Assembly: GCA_002269645.1 (NCBI GenBank)
Contig: NIVC01000755.1
Location: forward strand, 248,001 to 312,000
Origin: Macrostomum lignano
Taxonomy: Eukaryota
Reading direction: 5' to 3'
Length of the DNA stretch: 64,000 nucleotides
This document shows, piece by piece, positions 62,975 to 64,000 of this stretch. How positions within the stretch are numbered: the stretch's first letter is position 1; the number at the start of each line of letters is the position of its first letter. Under the pieces are notes generated by a model. It was not told the origin of the DNA. It searched no databases and was given only the letters and a program-made list of their open reading frames with translations. The translations under genes were made by a program, and so were the position numbers.

Positions 62975-63165
62975 TCAAAGCCTTTCTGGAGGAGGCCAAG
63001 AAGGACTTCCAGGAGAAATGGGACCGGCCGGCCCAGAACACGGCCCAGCTGGACGACTTCGACCGGATCCGCACCCTGGGCACCGGCAGCTTCGGCCGGG
63101 TGATGCTGGTGCAGCACAAGCAGAAGAAGGATTTCTACGCAATGAAGATTCTCGACAAGCAGAAG
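62975..63165 (+). CDS. PRKACA: cAMP-dependent protein kinase catalytic subunit, exon with A-helix, Gly-rich loop and VAIK-type lysine ([15 protein letters not shown]...[16 protein letters not shown]...[10 protein letters not shown])
   Basis: ttctcccag acceptor; near-identity to [17 protein letters not shown] and [10 protein letters not shown]; ends at AAG/gcgagt; the gene continues beyond the window. Confidence 0.96.
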
Positions 63166-63240
63166 GCGAGTCTGCGACTTTTTGCATTGATGCTTTGCTG
63201 AGGCTTTGATTGACCACCTTTGGTACTTCCTCGATTGCTC

Positions 63241-63556
63241 CATCTTTGCAGTGAGGCAGTTGGTCATCACCCCATCTTTGGAGTGAGGCAGTTGGTCATC
63301 ACCCCATATTTGCAGTGAGGCAGTTGGTCATCACCCCATCTTTGTAGTGAGGCAGTTGATCATCACCCCATCTTTGCAGTGAGGCAGTTGGTCATCACCC
63401 CATCTTTGGAGTGAGGCAGTTGGTCATCACCCCATACTTGCAGTGAGGCAGTTGGTCATCACCCCATCTTTGGAGTGAGGCAGTTGGTCATCACCCCATA
63501 CTTGCAGTGAGGCAGTTGGTCATCACCCCATCTTTGGAGTGAGGCAGTTGGTCATT
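63241..63556. repeat. Intronic 32-nt minisatellite (gcagtgaggcagttggtcatcaccccatcttt), about 10 copies, in the PKA-C intron
   Basis: direct reading. Confidence 0.96.
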
Positions 63557-64000
63557 ATTGCAGTGGGTTGGTCATTGCCCTAGTCTAGTAGTAAATTCGT
63601 CATTATCTCCAAGCCTCTCATCATCATCATCGTAGAGATTTCTGTCTCCAGGTCGCGAGATCGCGAGAAAGCGACAGGGCGACTCCTCTTTTGTCGCAAG
63701 CCGACGGCTGAGGCGGAGTCTAGAAATCCACAGCCAGCAGCCACCGCCCCCCGAGGCTTGAAAGCCTGCAGCGCGACCGGGCCTTTGACGCTCTGCCCCG
63801 CCCCAACCCCCTCCGCTTTCATATCTGCATCGCCCTAATTACAGGAGACTGACCTCGAGCTGATGCAGCGAATATTCTGCATCGCGTCCTCTTATTTCTC
63901 TCCCCCGCTCTTGCCATCCATCCGGCTCTATAATCTTGCCCCCCCTTTGGCCTTGAAGCAGAGTGAAGTCGCCTCTTTAGCTGCGTCTTGCCAGTTACTT

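Overview
Eukaryotic (animal) genomic DNA: GC-rich exons separated by introns and intergenic DNA dominated by about 28 different tandem-repeat arrays, plus several very AT-rich islands. The architecture resembles the flatworm Macrostomum (inference only). Four gene models are supported by reading frame, splice sites and recalled homology: (1) a PLEKHG5-like DH-PH RhoGEF on + (7 exons, 6255-12760, 5' end not found); (2) RICTOR on - (7 exons, 35073-23565, first exon not found, 1-nt frameshift in the last exon); (3) a small Rdx/SelW/MIEN1-like thioredoxin-fold exon on - lacking the CxxC/U motif (53324-53003); (4) the 5' part of a PKA catalytic subunit gene on + with up to three alternative first exons and a GC-AG donor. 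Also present: a 1.8-kb non-autonomous TIR element, a 156-bp palindromic CCAAT/E-box cassette between direct repeats, a 7.8-kb TTAGGG-containing satellite, a 1.9-kb near-perfect G4-type 13-mer array and a frame-preserving EVEK repeat ORF. Most long ORFs in the supplied track are artefacts of repeats. No CRISPR, rRNA or convincing tRNA was seen. All homology calls are from recalled sequences, not database searches.
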